Assembly: GCA_965153355.1 (NCBI GenBank)
Contig: OZ231126.1
Location: 11,160,001 to 11,224,000 of the forward strand
Direction: 5' to 3'
Length of the DNA stretch: 64,000 nt
From: Flaccisagitta enflata
Taxonomy: Eukaryota
The translations under genes and the position numbers were made by a program. The notes beneath the pieces are model-generated. The model did not search any database. It saw nothing but the letters and a program-made list of their open reading frames with translations, and was not told where the DNA came from. Below are positions 1-19,171 of the stretch, piece by piece. Numbering within the stretch: the first letter of the stretch is position 1; every line of letters begins with the position of its first letter.

Positions 1-96
1 TGCCCCTGCCCAATCGTCCGCGACAATATTGTGACCCCCGTCACTTGTTTCTTTTCTGTCTCCCAGTCTCTCTTTCTTTTAATCCTTCCTCTTCTC

Positions 97-231
97 TTTT
101 TAGGTGCGACAAAGCACCTCTATAACTGGCTGTGTCCGTTGGTCATTCGGTTGGTTGGTCGGTCGCTCGGTCGGGTAACGCATTCGTTCGACGATCCACA
201 CGTCGCACCTTATTGGCCTACTTGGCCTTGT
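97..231 (+). mobile_element. HINE/DINE-1-like (Helentron-associated) short element, family B
   Basis: T-run, subterminal IR TAGGTGCGAC...GTCGCACCTA, GGTC/GGTT microsatellite, 3' hairpin GGCC-TACTT-GGCC then TTGTT, no TSD. Other copies at ~9030-9172 (+), 19828-19953 (-), and related ones at 12472-12748 (-) and 55962-56965 (+). Confidence 0.7.
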
Positions 232-1434
232 TTCCTTTATTCCTTTGTTTATTTTGATTTCAAATCTATAAATATTTGTCTTTCCTTAATTCTTTGTTCC
301 TTCTCATATGGACCAAACAGACGCATACTAGCTCAGATTGCAGATTGCAGATTGCTTTACCGAGTTTGAGCTGGGGGAATTTAGCCAACCAGAACAGTTT
401 TTTTATACAAATTAATAAAAAAAATGCCTGACACACGGGAGAAAAACAATACTTTGTTGTTTTTTGTTGTGTATGAAGTAAGCGCTTTATGGACCAAAAC
501 AGATGTTGACAGGTAAATTCATTTTTTTCCGTACACGCGGCTTAGTTTGTTGGGCTTTCTATAGACTGAAACTTATTTAAGCATTCTACAAGCTCTGCTA
601 ACCTCAATAAGTGACGCAGGGTCGCGGACGGGTGGGCAGGCGCATCCGGCATCCAACACCCAGTCTCACCCCAATTCCACCTTCCAACCCCCCTACACAC
701 ACATACACACACGATTACAACTGCAGCATCATAAATGCGCGTTTTCGCGTTTTCAACACGAGCGTGACGGACCAATCAATGGACCAATGGACAGACAATT
801 GGAATGACAAAATCCCTCATAGAGTTGCTAGTCTGCAACTTAAAAAAGTAATATTGATAATTTCAATTAATAAGCAATCTGAGTCCAGACTTGATGCGCT
901 CGGCGCGAGGTCAATGTTAGTAACCAGAATTCATAAGATGCTTAGGAGACAATAAGATTCAGATGAAAGGAATATGGTCAACGATTCTAGCTTTCAGGTT
1001 TGTTTTGATCGGGGGCCGGAAAACCAATTGCTCTTTCGTCGATATGACTATACCTTCATTTCTTTTCTTTCCTTCTTTCTTCTTTTCTTTCTCTCTCTTT
1101 CTCTTTGTTTCTTTCTTCATTTGTTTTCTTTGTTTGTTTCTTTGTTTGATTCTTTCTTTTCTTCTTTATTTCTTTCTTTCTCTCCTTTTCCTTTCTTAAT
1201 TTCTTTTTCCTTTCTTTCTTTCTTTTACCTTTCTTGCGTTCATTTTCCTTTTCTTTCTTTTTTCCTTATCTTTCTTTTTCCTCCGTCGCTTTCGTTCATT
1301 TTCCTTTCTTCCTTTCTTCCTTTTAATCTTTTTCCTTTAATCTTTCTTTCAATCTTTCATTCAAAAGATAGATTTTTTTATATTCCAGTCTGGCTCTCAG
1401 TTTCTCCCTTGTCTCTGTCTCTGTCTCTTTCTCT

Positions 1435-1483
<49 letters not shown>

Positions 1484-2093
1484 CGTCCGTCCATCTGTCC
1501 GTCCGTCTATCCTTCTGTCCGTCCATCTGTCCGTCCATCTGTCCGTCCGTCCATCTGTGCGTCCGTCCGTCCATCCGTCCATTCGTTTGTCCGTCTGTCC
1601 ATCTGTCCCTCCGTCCGACCGTTGGTAATGATCAAATCGAATAGTGGAAAAACTAGTGTTTTGGATACTTTTTGTGTAAGTTGGCGTGTGAAAGGTAGGA
1701 TTGCGGTGGGATGGGGATAAGAGGCCCCTGCCCACCCGTCCGCAATAATATTGTGACCCCGCGTCACTTGTTTTTCTTTTTTTTTCATACTTCTTGTTTC
1801 ATTCTTCTCCTCCCCTTTTTAGTTGCGGACATGCAATTCTACATGAGGCTTTGTCTGCCCGTCCGGCGTCTGTTGAGTAATCTCCGCAAAAATCGACCCG
1901 CATCGGACAGACTGACCGAGACCCCTTCCTGCATCGTGAACCGATATCCGGAGTGCAACACCGAGACAGACAGACGAGACAGACAGACAGACAAACAGAC
2001 AGACAGGGGATTAGTAAGGAGAAGAGAGGGAGAGGTCGAGGAGAGACAATGGAGAGAAAAACGGAAGTGTGAATGGAGAATGGGGTAAGAAAT

Positions 2094-2173
<80 letters not shown>

Positions 2174-2990
2174 CGATACTTTCAGTCAGATTTGGGTGAG
2201 CAATCACCCAAAATTGATAACAGTAAAAGAGAAGACAAAAGAGGTTGAATGACTGGCTCATGCTCATGCTCATGCTTTCTTACATTTACAATGTCTTTAA
2301 TTCGATATTCATTCATGTCATGGATAAAATATTCATGTGTGAAGTTAAAAAAAGTTTCATACCAACTGGTTTTCTTTAAACAGTAACAAATGTCATGTAT
2401 CCTGTCTCAAATTCGAAATTTTTCCAATTTCTATCTAAGATCATTTTCCATTGGAATAAAAACGATTTGAACAAGGCCGGATACACGGCAATCCAGGCAC
2501 ACACGCACCCCCCCTCCACACACACACACACACACACACACATAAGAAACATGGTAAACATTTATTAATAATACGTTAACTATGAAAAAAATGTTGAATC
2601 GTATCGGAACTCGATATCTAGCTATATCTAATAATCGATTTATAGCCATCTCTTCTCGTATCTATTGGAGACGAGAATCACTTTGATCGTGCAGTAGATC
2701 GTATCTAGTTTGTAAGACCTGGATCGTCAGTGATTACTGTTGAGCCGTCCGTCTGTTGGTCCCTCCCTTGGTCCCTCCATGGTTATTCAGTTGAAAAGTG
2801 CGAATATTTGATGCTGCCGTTTTGATTATCTGTGTGTGAATCAGGGCTAAGCATGCATGGGATTTTCAAAAGCGTTCGCGTTCGCGTTTTCCAGCAGCTC
2901 GCGCATCGCGTTACGCATCGCATCCAACGTTATTTGGTTGCTAACGCGTTCGCTTTACGCGTTTTCAACGCTTCCTACACTTTCTCTTTT

Positions 2991-3061
<71 letters not shown>

Positions 3062-3217
3062 AGGAAAGGAAGAAAGAAAGAAAGAAAAAAAAAAGAACGA
3101 AAGAAAGGAAGGAAGAAAGGGAGAAAAGAAGAAAGGAAGAGAGGGAGAGGAAGAAAGGAAGAATGGGAGAAAGGAAGAAACGAAGGAAGAAATAAGGAAA
3201 GAAGAATGAAAGAAAGC

Positions 3218-3293
<76 letters not shown>

Positions 3294-3297
3294 AAAA

Positions 3298-3333
<36 letters not shown>

Positions 3334-4551
3334 AGGGAAGGAAGAAATAAGGAATACAAAAAAGAAATAGTCGCAAAAGTGTAGATGGTCAGCGGTACCC
3401 GTTGCCCCTATGTGAGTGTATGTGGATGTGAGGTGGTTAGAGGAGTCAATGACCTATGCTGTTTTTATTTGAGTCTCAAGGCTGGGATTAGGGCCGGGGG
3501 GCTGGCATTGGGGCCTTGAGGCTGGGATTTGAGCTTCGAGGCTGGGATTTGAGCCTCGAGACTAGGATTTGGGCCTCCACAGACTAGAATTTGAGCCTCG
3601 AGGCAGCAATTTGAGCCTCAAGGCTGGGATCTAAGCCTCAAGGCTAAGTTTTGAGCTTCCAGGCTGGGATTTTAGCCTCCAGGCTGGGATTAGAGCCTCC
3701 AGGCTGGAGTTTGATCCTCGAGGCTAGGATTTGAGCCTCCAGACTGGGATTTGTGCCTTGAGGCTAAGATTCAAGCCTCAAGTTTGGGGTTTGAGCCTCA
3801 GGGCTGGGATTTGACCCTCAAGGCTGGGATTTGAGCCTCGAAGCTAGGATTTGGGCCTCAAGGGGGGGGACAAAGGAGAAGGAGGAGAAGAAGGATGAGG
3901 AATTTCTGCATATGTGAAAGCATAGATTATTGGTCCCTTTGGGGTCGCTGCCCAAAAATGAAGAATGAAAAAAAAGAAAGAAAGAAAAAAAAAGAAAGAA
4001 ATGAAGAAAGAAAAAAGAAAAGAAGGAAAGAAATAAAGAACAAGGCCGGATACACGGCAATCCAGTCGCGGATGGTTGGGCTCGGAATTCAAAAATGTGA
4101 CGGACGGACGGACGGACGGACGGACGGACCTACCGACCGACCTACCGACCGACACGGCAAAGTGTAGAGTCGCGTGTCCGCGACTAAAAAAGAGAATTAA
4201 TGGAAAAAACAAGTGATGCGTGGTTACAATATCGTTGCAAACCGGTGGGCAACCCCTATTCACACCCAACACCCCACCCAACACAGACACAAATACAACA
4301 AGTAACGCGGAGTCACAATATTGTTGCGGACGGATGGGCAGGGGTGTCCAACCCCCATCCACACCCCAATGCCCCACATTTGAACATACCCAAACAATAC
4401 ACAAAAAGCTTATTGTACCACTTTTTGACTCGTGCTGATGGACAGACAGACTGACAGATCAATGGACCGACGGAAAGATGGACAAAGCCTCTTATAGAGT
4501 TGCATGCCTGCAACTAAAAAGCTTCCAAAAAATCTCATTTTCCCACATTTT

Positions 4552-4716
<165 letters not shown>

Positions 4717-5289
4717 CAAACACAACTGCACCATCTTATAAACCAACGAACAAAGGGGTGGATGGACAAGAGAAAGAAAGAAAAAATTAGAGGTAGAAGA
4801 ATAAAACATGTAGAGATGTTATTTTTTTCAATGTCTGCATGTTTTGAATTTAAAGGTCTAGGACAAGGCCAAGGCAAAAAAGAATGGATGCGAACGCTTT
4901 GGTAAGGATGCGCGTTCGCATCCACTCCCGTATTTCATCAAATGCACACTTCTCCGCGTTAAGCAAAATCTCGCGCATCCTGTGCGTTCGCATTCGCATC
5001 CCGGATCGCATCCTTACCCGTGGTGTGAATGTTTGTGTGGATGAGGGTTGTATACCCCTGCTTACCCGTCCGCAACAACCTAGTGACCCCGCGTCTCTTT
5101 TTAGTCGCGTGCACGCGACTCTACAACCCACTCTGTCCGTCTGTCGGTCCTTCGGTCCGTTGGTCCATGACGCTTAGCTTTTTTCTTGTCATTTTATGTC
5201 GTTTTAAGTCATTTTGAGTTTTTCAAAGTTAATCTTTTTGTCTTTTGGTCTAATGGTCTTAACAACCGCACGCGACTGTAAGGTGTTGG

Positions 5290-5742
<453 letters not shown>

Positions 5743-6132
5743 CATCAACAAAATCAGGGCTGCCCAAAGAATCTTTCGGTTGGAACGTGCCACCGTAAAT
5801 TTCTGAATAAAATACGATTGTTTTCGTTTCTCCTTGTCTTAGCCGCGTCTATCCTGCCTTGTTTGAATGCATTGTTACTTCATACATTTCTTTTAAGTCG
5901 CGGACAAGCGACTCTACTCCTTGCCCCGTCGGTCGGTCCTTTGAATTGCGAGTGGTTTTTGCCCTTCACGACGGTCGCGGCAACAAAGTGACGCTCCGCT
6001 GCAATTCCTCATCTTTCCAAAGGCAAGCTGATACGGTAGCAGCAGCAGCAGTAGCAACAACAACAATGACCGTAGCAGCAAACACTTTAATCCAGGCACG
6101 GCGTGACGGCGAAAAAGAACGAATTTTGGCGT

Positions 6133-6451
<319 letters not shown>

Positions 6452-7324
6452 CGAGGCACGTTGTGACGGCGAAACGATGTAAGTTATTGAACTCGATAAT
6501 CCTCAAACGCAGAGCATCACGCTCCTCTCCATACCTTACTAACGTTAATACATCAAAACTGAACACATGAGAAGATGATAAAGAATGTGAATAACGTTCA
6601 AACTCTAAACGTGTAGCGACTGACCCTATTTCTTTGTGAATAACGTATTCTTAATTTAGATGCTAGTTGGTCGACTTTTCTTTTTTTTTTTTTTTGGTTC
6701 ATCTCGGGCGATTATGCTTTGATAGTTCCAAAGTTCCTGCCCAACTATTTCGACTGGATTTCCGTGTATCCGGCTGTAAGATTCACATAGCGCGCAACTA
6801 TTAACATTCGTATTTTCTGCGGCTGCCTCGCGCAGTCCATCAAATGCATTTGAATGATGCATTTAAATGATGGACAAAAAAACTTCTAGCGCCACTTTAT
6901 CTCATTTAACCCACCCGGCCCACCTACATGGTCTGTCAAATCCCACACTGATGAAAAAAACACCCAACGGCATTTATCTGGACCACAAGATTCCAACGAC
7001 TCTAGTCTCTCATTAACTTCCTTTAAAACAGTGTTTTTCTCCTCATCACCGCCTTTGCTTGAATTTTGTTGCGTTTGACTCCAGTTTGTGTCTATCTCGC
7101 TCACAATTGATCAATAACTTTATGTTTTTTCGTTCCTTTATTCATTCATTAATTCAAATATTCTTTCGTTGGCTCGTTCCTCCGTTCATTCATTAGTTCA
7201 TGCATTCATTCATTCATTCCTTCATTCATTAGTACTTTTCTTCCTTTGTTCACCTGTCTGTTTGTTCTTTTTTATAATTTTCTAGTCAGTTTCTCTTTCT
7301 TTCTTGGCTCTGTTATGTTATTAC

Positions 7325-9557
<2,233 letters not shown>

Positions 9558-11251
9558 CTGTTAGATAAAAAGTTTAAAAAAAAGAACGGTCAACGAAAAA
9601 TGTAGAAGGAGATAAACAAGTGACGCGGGGTCACAATATCGTTGCGGACGGGTGGGCAGGGGCATCCAACCCCCATCCACACCCCAACCCAGGTCCAACA
9701 CTCAAACATACACAAAAAGTATCGAAAACGCTCGTTTTCAACTCGATCACCATGACGGACCAACCGACGGACCGACCGACGGACGGACCAAGCTTCTTGT
9801 AGAGTTGCGTGTCCGCAACTAAAAAAGGAAAAGAAGGAGGCGATGAACAGTAATAAAAACAAAATCAAAGCTAGCCTTTTCTAAAGATCCTTCACTTCTC
9901 TTTCCGTGCGCCTAATCATTTTTATAACATGCTATTTGTTGGCTGGTTCTCCGGTCTGTTGGACCGTAATGCAAACGTCCGAAGATCCAACAGGCACACG
10001 TGTTGGTCTACTCAGCCGAGGTTCCATTTTGTTTTCCTTTGACTGAAAATGTCTTCGTTCCTTGCTATTTAGTTTTACGGAGATATGATTCACTAGATAT
10101 TTCATCAAATATAACTTTTCTTTCAGTTGTTCCTTGTGATTCAAAGTAATTTAAGTGTTTATCGCCTTCACTAAAGTAATATTAGTCATCTGCTGATGTA
10201 CAATAGGATCAATACAGAATGACGAGCCATTTGTTTGTTTGACAGAGGAGGAGGTGGTGGCTCAAAGCATCATAACATAAGATATATCTTCGTCTGAAAG
10301 CGTCGACGTGGCGCTCCAGGTAGTGTTGCTCATGGCGCAGCGATTGCTGCCACGGCTTTGCAATAAAATCGGTGCGCAAGAATGATTAAAGTTTCTTTTA
10401 ATCGCCTTGTAGAACACAGGGGACTTTCGTTCCGTCCATCCGTCTGCCCCCCCAGGCCCTCTCAGACCTGAAATCTGCCCTCTCAGGCTTAAAATCTGCC
10501 CTCTCAAGCCTGAAATCTGCCCTCTCAGGCCTTGAATCTGAGAGGGCGGAATTCAGGCCTGAGAGGGCAGATTTTAAGCCTAAGAGGGTAGATTTTAGGC
10601 CTGAGTGGGCAGGTTTTAGGCCTGAGAGGGCGGTTTCAGGCCTGAAAGGACAAATTTCAGGCCTGAGAGGGCAGATTCGAGGCCTGAGAGGGTAGATTCA
10701 AGGCTTGATAGGGCAGATTCAAGGCCTGAGAGGGCAGATTTTAGGCCTGAGAGGGCAGGTTTCAGGCCTGAAAGGGCAAATTTCAGGCCTGAGGGGGCAG
10801 ATTCAAGGCCTGAGAGGGCAGATTCAAGGCCTGAGAGGCCAGATTTCAGGCCTGAAAGGCACATTTTAGATTTGAAAGGGCAGATTTCAGGCCTGAGAGG
10901 GCCTGGGGGGGACGAACGGACAAACAAACGAACAAATGAACGAACAAACTAAATTCCCCTGTGTTCTACAGGACTTCGTCCCCTTTGGGGCCGCTGCCCA
11001 AAAAAGCAAAATACATTGGTTCTCTTATCCTTTATACTACAAAAAATAGTGACAATCTTCTGCTTTTTTACAAGAAAACTTTTACAAAAAACCTAATTTT
11101 CTAAATGGAATATACTGTCGGGCACGCCATCACCAAAAACAGCGTGCCCAGCTGGCACTCTCTCATCATATCATCATAACCAAATTTCGTAAGGATTGAT
11201 GTTTTTGTTTGATTGCTTTAAGAATGATCATTAGTTTATTCAATCTTTGTT

Positions 11252-11291
<40 letters not shown>

Positions 11292-11752
11292 TTCTTCTTT
11301 CTTTCTTTCATTTTATTCACAAATATATTTATTTTTCCATTCAATTATTCACTTTTTTTTTTCATTTTTTAGAAATGGATTTAAATCTCTTGAGTTTCAT
11401 TTACAAATCTGAAAACTTTTTTTTGAAATAAGAATTCAATCAGATGAATGGATCAGGAATATCCAATTCTTTGATTCATTCATTTATTCATAGTGAATTG
11501 ATTTATTTGTTTAAGCAAAGGAGACTTTAAATTTTCATTCAAACGAAAATTCACATTTTCTAGAATTATCAATATTGGACTTACTCTGTGTTTTGCGTTC
11601 ATTCTTTGCTGAATGAATGCACATTTCCTGGTGGAATCGTTTCCATTATGTAGGACATGTGTAACAAAAATTGAAAAATATAGTTCAAAACATTTTTTGC
11701 CAAAATTTCAAAAGTTACTTTTTCTCTGCACAGTACAGATTCAATGATAATA

Positions 11753-12113
11753 CAATGAGAGGGGCAGCAAAATCGCTAGCACCCCTACCCACAGCTTAGA
11801 TGGGTAATGTCACAAAGACAATTAAGTTGGCAGCTGGAAACTTATCCCCAAACAATTCCCGCCATCAAGGCGTTTTTCGAATTTCCTTCTTGTTCCATAG
11901 AAAATGGTCACAAAAGGACTAAATCCAACACTTCTGAAAATGATCAATTTTCACCCTAAAAAGAGCTATATCTCTAAAACTAGGTTGAAATTACAAAATC
12001 GCCTCGATGGCGGGAATTGTATAGGGATAAGCTATCGGCCACCACCTTTAATACCCTTGTAGCATCGATCATCTAGGTAGGGGTGCTAGTGATTTTGACT
12101 ACCCCTCTCACTA
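11753..12113. mobile_element. TA-flanked MITE with ~130-bp inverted arms
   Basis: TA|CAATGAGAGGGGCAGCAAAATCGCTAGCACCCCTACC ... GGTAGGGGTGCTAGTGATTTTGACTACCCCTCTCACTA|TA; the inner arms also pair (ACAATTCCCGCCATC / GATGGCGGGAATTGT). Confidence 0.8.
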
Positions 12114-13103
12114 TAATATAATTGCTTCTGTATATGCTTCCACTCATATACATCCAAATCCAATCTTAGGCTATCACCCGTAACTTTTTTATAGAAGACG
12201 TAATTATCAGAAACCCTTGCATTATATTTATATAATTGTATAAGAAAATCAAGTGTGATTGGAAAAATTAGGCTGAAGACCGGGCACGCTCATTTTCTGT
12301 CGGGCACGCTGAAATTCTGAGGAGCGTGCCTGGTGTGCACGCTCAACGGAATCACTAAATTAAGGCCTGAATATCAGTCTCATTTTCAACAAAACTGGGT
12401 GCAGTCGCTAAAAGTATTTTTGACAATCTTTACACGCGCTAAAAAAACGGAAGATGATTGAAATTGAAAAAAACAAGGCCAAGTAGGCCAACGATGCGTC
12501 CTCTTTGAATGAATGTTTTTTTGAATGAATGTTTTTTATGAATGAATGTTTTTTGTGAATGAATGAATAAATATGTTTCAAGAATGAATGTTTTTTTATG
12601 AATGAATGTCATTTACCAATGGGTTAGAACTACTTTTCTGTTGAAAAAATGCATGATTTTGATGTTTTTAATGAATGCGTTACCAACCAACCGACAGACC
12701 AACCGACGGACACAGCCTATTATAGAGATGCGAGGACGCATCTAAAAATGGTAACTGTCTTACAACTTATGTTTTCATAGTCCCTGATGATGATGAGCTG
12801 ATCAAAAGACCTTTTACATATTGACACACCCGAACCGCCCACGCCACCGCCACCGCCGATGGCATACATATAGCTGCGGCCGATTGAAGTGTGACCCTTT
12901 AGCCTTTCTAGAGATCCCTTTTTACATCCATCATTTTGTATTGATTCCGATTTTGTCTTGGTTCCATTTTTCCCCAATTTTTTTTTTATACGTACAAGTT
13001 TCTTCCCTTCTGTGTTCACTTGAAAACTCATCCTAAAACATATACAAGGGAAAAAAAGTACACAACCACAACAACCACCACAACCACTACGACGATCACA
13101 AAC

Positions 13104-15061
13104 CCTCATTCCGGACAGAGGCGTCAAAAGGACGTCGCCGTCTTCGTTGACGCTGGCGTTGTTGATGCGATTGTTGTTGTTGTTGTTGTTGCTGTCGTTG
13201 TTGTCGTTGAATTCGTCGACGGTGACCGTCGACGACAACTTCGTCTTCACGGCCGTCTCGAAATCCTCCGCCTCGATTGAGGATTCGTCTCGGTCGACGA
13301 TCGACGACGAAGGTCTTACATCCTGGGAACATACACAATGTATATTATACATGCGTATTAATCATCAGCCATAAATGGATTAATATTGCGTTCGCGATCC
13401 GCCATTTTTAGATGGAATGGTAAAAGATCAGCTCAGATCCAGACGAGATGCAGACTTATTTACTCTGGTAAAAAACGGTGATTCGTCTGTTGTTCTTGAA
13501 ATGCAATAGCACACACACATGTGTACATTCTAAGATATCCTATCACAATCAAAGTCACGCTTCTCAACCCCTAATTCATCCTCAAAGTTTTTGTCTAAAC
13601 CACACAAGCAAGAAAATATAAAGACGTCGATGAGATCTGTCCATCCTTCCATGTAGGGATAGATTTTTTTTAACGTGAAACGCAGTCATTCTGTTTTTTA
13701 ATTCTTTGTGAATGTATATTCAAATCTATCCAGCTGTAGAAGTGTCTTCCTTGTTTTATGTAACTGAGTGCGTGCGGTTTTGGTTGATATCGTTAGCTTA
13801 AACTCATGTTTTGTTGCATGCAATTGTCAGTCATGCTTGACTTACATTCGCCTTGCTTAGCATCTAATGATTACGAAGGAAAAATAACAAAAAACAAAAA
13901 TCAAAGCTTAACACCCACCGGCATGTCAGGGCCTGTGGGGGCGTCGTCCGCGGCCCCGACGATTCCGTCGCCAACTCCCGACTTGCGACCCTCCGATTCC
14001 GTCCCCTAAAAGTGTGGGACAAATTTGATACAACATCAGAATACACTGGCGCATTTCTAGGACAATTGAGACAAAGCTGGAACAACTAACAACCCTTGGG
14101 AAGCAAAACGACAACCTTTAGATAGCGTGGAAAATGGATTCCATCGCCTTTCTCTCAATCGCGATGGTTTGACAAATGGAACAATATTCCTCACTACACC
14201 CTAACTACAAAGTAACTGTAAAGTAAAGGTAAAAGGACCGCGGACGATTGAAGTGTGACCCTTTGGCCTTTCTCGAGATCCCTTTTTACATCCATCATTT
14301 GCTCAGAGTCAAATGCTCACTCAAATTTCATGTCATCATCACATACAACGCAACCTTCGCATATTAAAAACTCACTCCCAAATAATTCTTCGGCCCGATA
14401 GGGCTCTGGGTTGGCGCCGAGAAAACATCGGGGCGAGCGTCCCCATCGCCGTCATCTCCAAGCCGCCCTAACGGTTCGGTCCTTGGAAGCCAAACCGTAA
14501 CTGGAAGACGCAACATCGCAACGATGAAAAGAAAGTGAAATGTAAGGCCGGATGAACAGCTGCCACTAGTCGCGAGCAGGCGGGGCAGGGGCAAAGACTG
14601 AAAAGCATTCGGGTGAAACCGCTTAAAAAGTGCTACCGATCGATGGACAAACTGGCCGACCACGACTAAAAATCTGTGAAAAAAAAATTGCGTATAGTAT
14701 TTACCGAACGTCTCCTCGCCCATAGACGCGGCGTCCTCGATTGATCTGTTTTTCGAAGAGAATTCGCGTAATTAGCACTCTGCAAAAAAAGCTTTTTCAT
14801 CACGCCTGCAAGAAAAAAAACTTTTTTCGTCACAAAGGAAAGATATCTTTTAGTCGCCCAATAATTCAATCTCAGCCAATCGAGAACGAGATACCGAGAA
14901 ATGCCTAAATTATACACTTACATATTCGCCACTTCTGGGGCCGCCACTCTTGGGCCAAACATGCTGTCGTTGGCCGTCGACGCGCGCTCGACCGGAGCAT
15001 CGACATCGAATATTTCGAAGCGATGCTCCTCCTGGAACGCCGCTTCCGCGTTGTCTATCGC
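13104..15061 (-). CDS. Exon chain B of probably the same unknown gene (disordered, acidic, poly-N)
   Basis: Exons 15061-14922 (AIDNAEAAFQEEHRFEIFDVDAP...), 14745-14705 (SIEDAASMGEETF), 14500-14376 (VTVWLPRTEPLG...KNYLG), 14005-13919 (GTESEGRKSG...PDMP) and 13322-13104 (DVRPSSSIVDRDESSIEAEDFE...GMR). Splice sites are AG/GT and phases 2,1,0,0 join in frame. The link to chain C is not resolved. Confidence 0.65.
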
Positions 15062-15577
15062 CTGCAAGTGAGAAAAGAAGGTTGAGTAGAGATGGTCCAA
15101 ATGGTAACTAAGAAAACTTTCAAATTTCCAAGACCAGACGTCGGGAAGTGATTAAAACGTGTCACAAACGTCTCAACTAAACCGGCTAAAACGATGATTG
15201 GATATGTTGTTTTGATACTTAGCGATTTCCAAAAGCCGTTACTCTCAATGCCACGCCATATCGATGGCAAAAACTATCGCGCGAGGGACTACAAATCAAG
15301 CTCCTGCATGAATCTTAAGGTAAACGTCTTTGAGATCGTTGCCATTGCTCAAGTCACTGCGGCAATTATCTGTTTGATGTAGAATCCGAATTGGCCGTTA
15401 GAGTAAATTTCCATGATGCCTCACAACCTGTTGTGAGAGCGCCACATCCGGAGCGCCACATTCGAAATTAACAATTAAAATTACGACTTCATTCGGCCAA
15501 AGATCAAGGAGAAATGCATATTTGGGCCTTGTTTGTAATTCAGCCACACGCTGCGCTACAACAACAACAAAAACAAG

Positions 15578-15644
<67 letters not shown>

Positions 15645-15856
15645 TTGACAGCAGCAGCATCGGTGAAGTCATTGGAATAAAAAAAACCGAGCTGCTTGAT
15701 GGTTACAAGTCTCATTCCATCATTTGGCCAAATTGGAGCTGTTGAGATGACGTCTAGAGGATGTTGTTGGAGATATCTGCTTCCCTAGATAGATTAGGAT
15801 TAATGTTGCCTTCCCTATATTGATTCTCCTCAGTCCGCCGCATCGATGACAATACT

Positions 15857-15945
<89 letters not shown>

Positions 15946-16126
15946 CCACAACCACAACCACAACAACAACAACAACAACAACACCAACAACAAAAAACAA
16001 CAGTAATAATAACGACCAAAAAAAAGACAATAACAACAACACCACCCAAGAATTTTCCATCATCAACAACAACAGGATCATCACCAAAAACGGAACATTA
16101 ACAACGACAACAGCGACAACTCTGTC

Positions 16127-16240
<114 letters not shown>

Positions 16241-16524
16241 CTTGGCAACCCTGTGTTTCTGTCACTTCGTTGTTATTTTCTTTCTGTCTGTTTACCTTCA
16301 GTTTAAACCACAACAAAAGCAAAATCGACAACGACAAAATCAACAATAACAAAATCATTCCTTAGTCAATCCTGATCAGGCGCTAAGATGGCGTTACCTC
16401 GGTCTACTCCTCTAGTCGTTATCAAATGATCAACGCTGGATGTGCCACTTCCGGATTGATTATCAATCCGTCCGTCAAACGGAAATCGAGCCACATCAGG
16501 GAGATCAAAATAAAATAAATTGCG

Positions 16525-17090
<566 letters not shown>

Positions 17091-17284
17091 GATATCATAT
17101 TGCATTTGTTTTGGTCTTTTGTTTCTTGTCTTTCTCCATTTTTCCTCGACAAACGAAGTTGTGTGGGTGTTAGGTGCAAGTGTGGGAGTGTGGGAGTGTA
17201 TGGAAGGGGGGGGTGGGGGCAGACACACAGGCAGACGATTGGGTAATCAGCCAGCCAAACACAAATGGGCGCGGACATCGCGGA

Positions 17285-17346
<62 letters not shown>

Positions 17347-17777
17347 CCGAATTGACGGAAATGTGCCGCGTCTTCCTGCAATCAAGTTTCTCAATGGCGT
17401 CGACGCTTTTGAATTTGCGCGTTTTCCATCGACCTCCAATCTGATTTATCTTCCTGCGATGAACTTTGCCGTCGATGACGACGGATTTCCACCTCATCCG
17501 CCAGCTGAGCCAAGCGTGACACTTCGGTAAACCTCTATCCCGTGGACGTTACAACAACACCATTTTCCGCCACGTGGCGTAACGATGCAATTCATTGCAA
17601 TATCGTGTCGGGGACGGTATGGTATGGGCCGGGTCTTCAATAATCATAGGTATCTGTATTTACTCATGTGGTTACAACTTCAAAAATACGCTAAACAACC
17701 TCACATTTTTAAAGAGGTCATATCACTTGCCAGACTGATGGACAGACAGGTAAGGAGACATAAGCAGGGGCAGGGGC

Positions 17778-17843
<66 letters not shown>

Positions 17844-18234
17844 CCTTTTTCTTTTTTTCTTTTATTTTTCCTTTTTTTTCTTTTTTTCTTCATTTTTTCT
17901 TCCTTTTTTTTCTTTTCTTCTTTTTTTTTTCTTTTCTTCTTTTCTTTTCTTCTTTTTCTTTTTCTTCTTCTTCTTCCTACTTCTTCTTCCTAATACCGTT
18001 ACCGTCACGGCCAAGCAGCCCATTATCGTTTTAGAGCGACCCTGCCCTTTTTCCGCAACCGGAACGAACTTCCGGTTTCACGCTCGGGCCAGTCCGCCAG
18101 CGAAGGAGGCTTTTGACTGCGTTGGCTCGAAGATGCCGGTTTATATCGTAATTCGCCTGTCTTCCTCGAGCTCGACTTTGGTCTTAATGTTATGGAAGGG
18201 GATGAAGGGGGGGACAGACAGACAGACTAATTAA

Positions 18235-18292
<58 letters not shown>

Positions 18293-18552
18293 CAAACAGA
18301 CAGACATATATGTTTGGGACTTCCGCCAGTGAAGTCTTCCGTAGTCACTGTCGAGTTAGCGTGACTCGCTCCGACTTTTCTGATGTCGTCGACGCTGTTA
18401 AATTTTCACGTCTTTGGCCGACTTCCGATTTATCTTCCTGCGATCGAGTTGGTAGGTGAGAGCGTTGTTCCTTGACTTCCGGTCATACTCCAGTCAATTC
18501 TTCCGCGATCAAGATGTTGTTGTTGTTGTTGTCATTGTCATTGTCTTTGTCA

Positions 18553-18589
<37 letters not shown>

Positions 18590-18676
18590 CGTCGTTGTTG
18601 TTGTTGTAGTTGTTGTTTTGAATGCCATGAATCCCTTAGACATGAAATTGTCTCGTGGATTAAGTACATATCATCA

Positions 18677-18765
<89 letters not shown>

Positions 18766-18777
18766 TTCGCTTTCTCT

Positions 18778-18839
<62 letters not shown>

Positions 18840-18866
18840 TTCGCTTTCGCTTTCGCTTTCTCTTTC

Positions 18867-19171
<305 letters not shown>

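Noticed and set aside
3480-3860. Regularly spaced, partly palindromic repeats resembling a CRISPR array
   Set aside because: These are head-to-tail ~20-bp units with no unique spacers and no cas genes, in a eukaryotic context.
10455-10927. Leucine-zipper-like 'LSGLESA' heptad ORF (also 44903-45205)
   Set aside because: It is the translation of the 21-bp minisatellite inside family-C elements.
11117-12370. GGGCACGC-rich blocks and a CAGGCCT-like end suggesting a hAT MITE (another hAT-like start near 63698)
   Set aside because: Only one plausible terminus is visible, with no matching TIR or TSD.
12720-13352. 210-aa single ORF
   Set aside because: Better explained as an exon (13322-13104) plus read-through of intron and HINE sequence.
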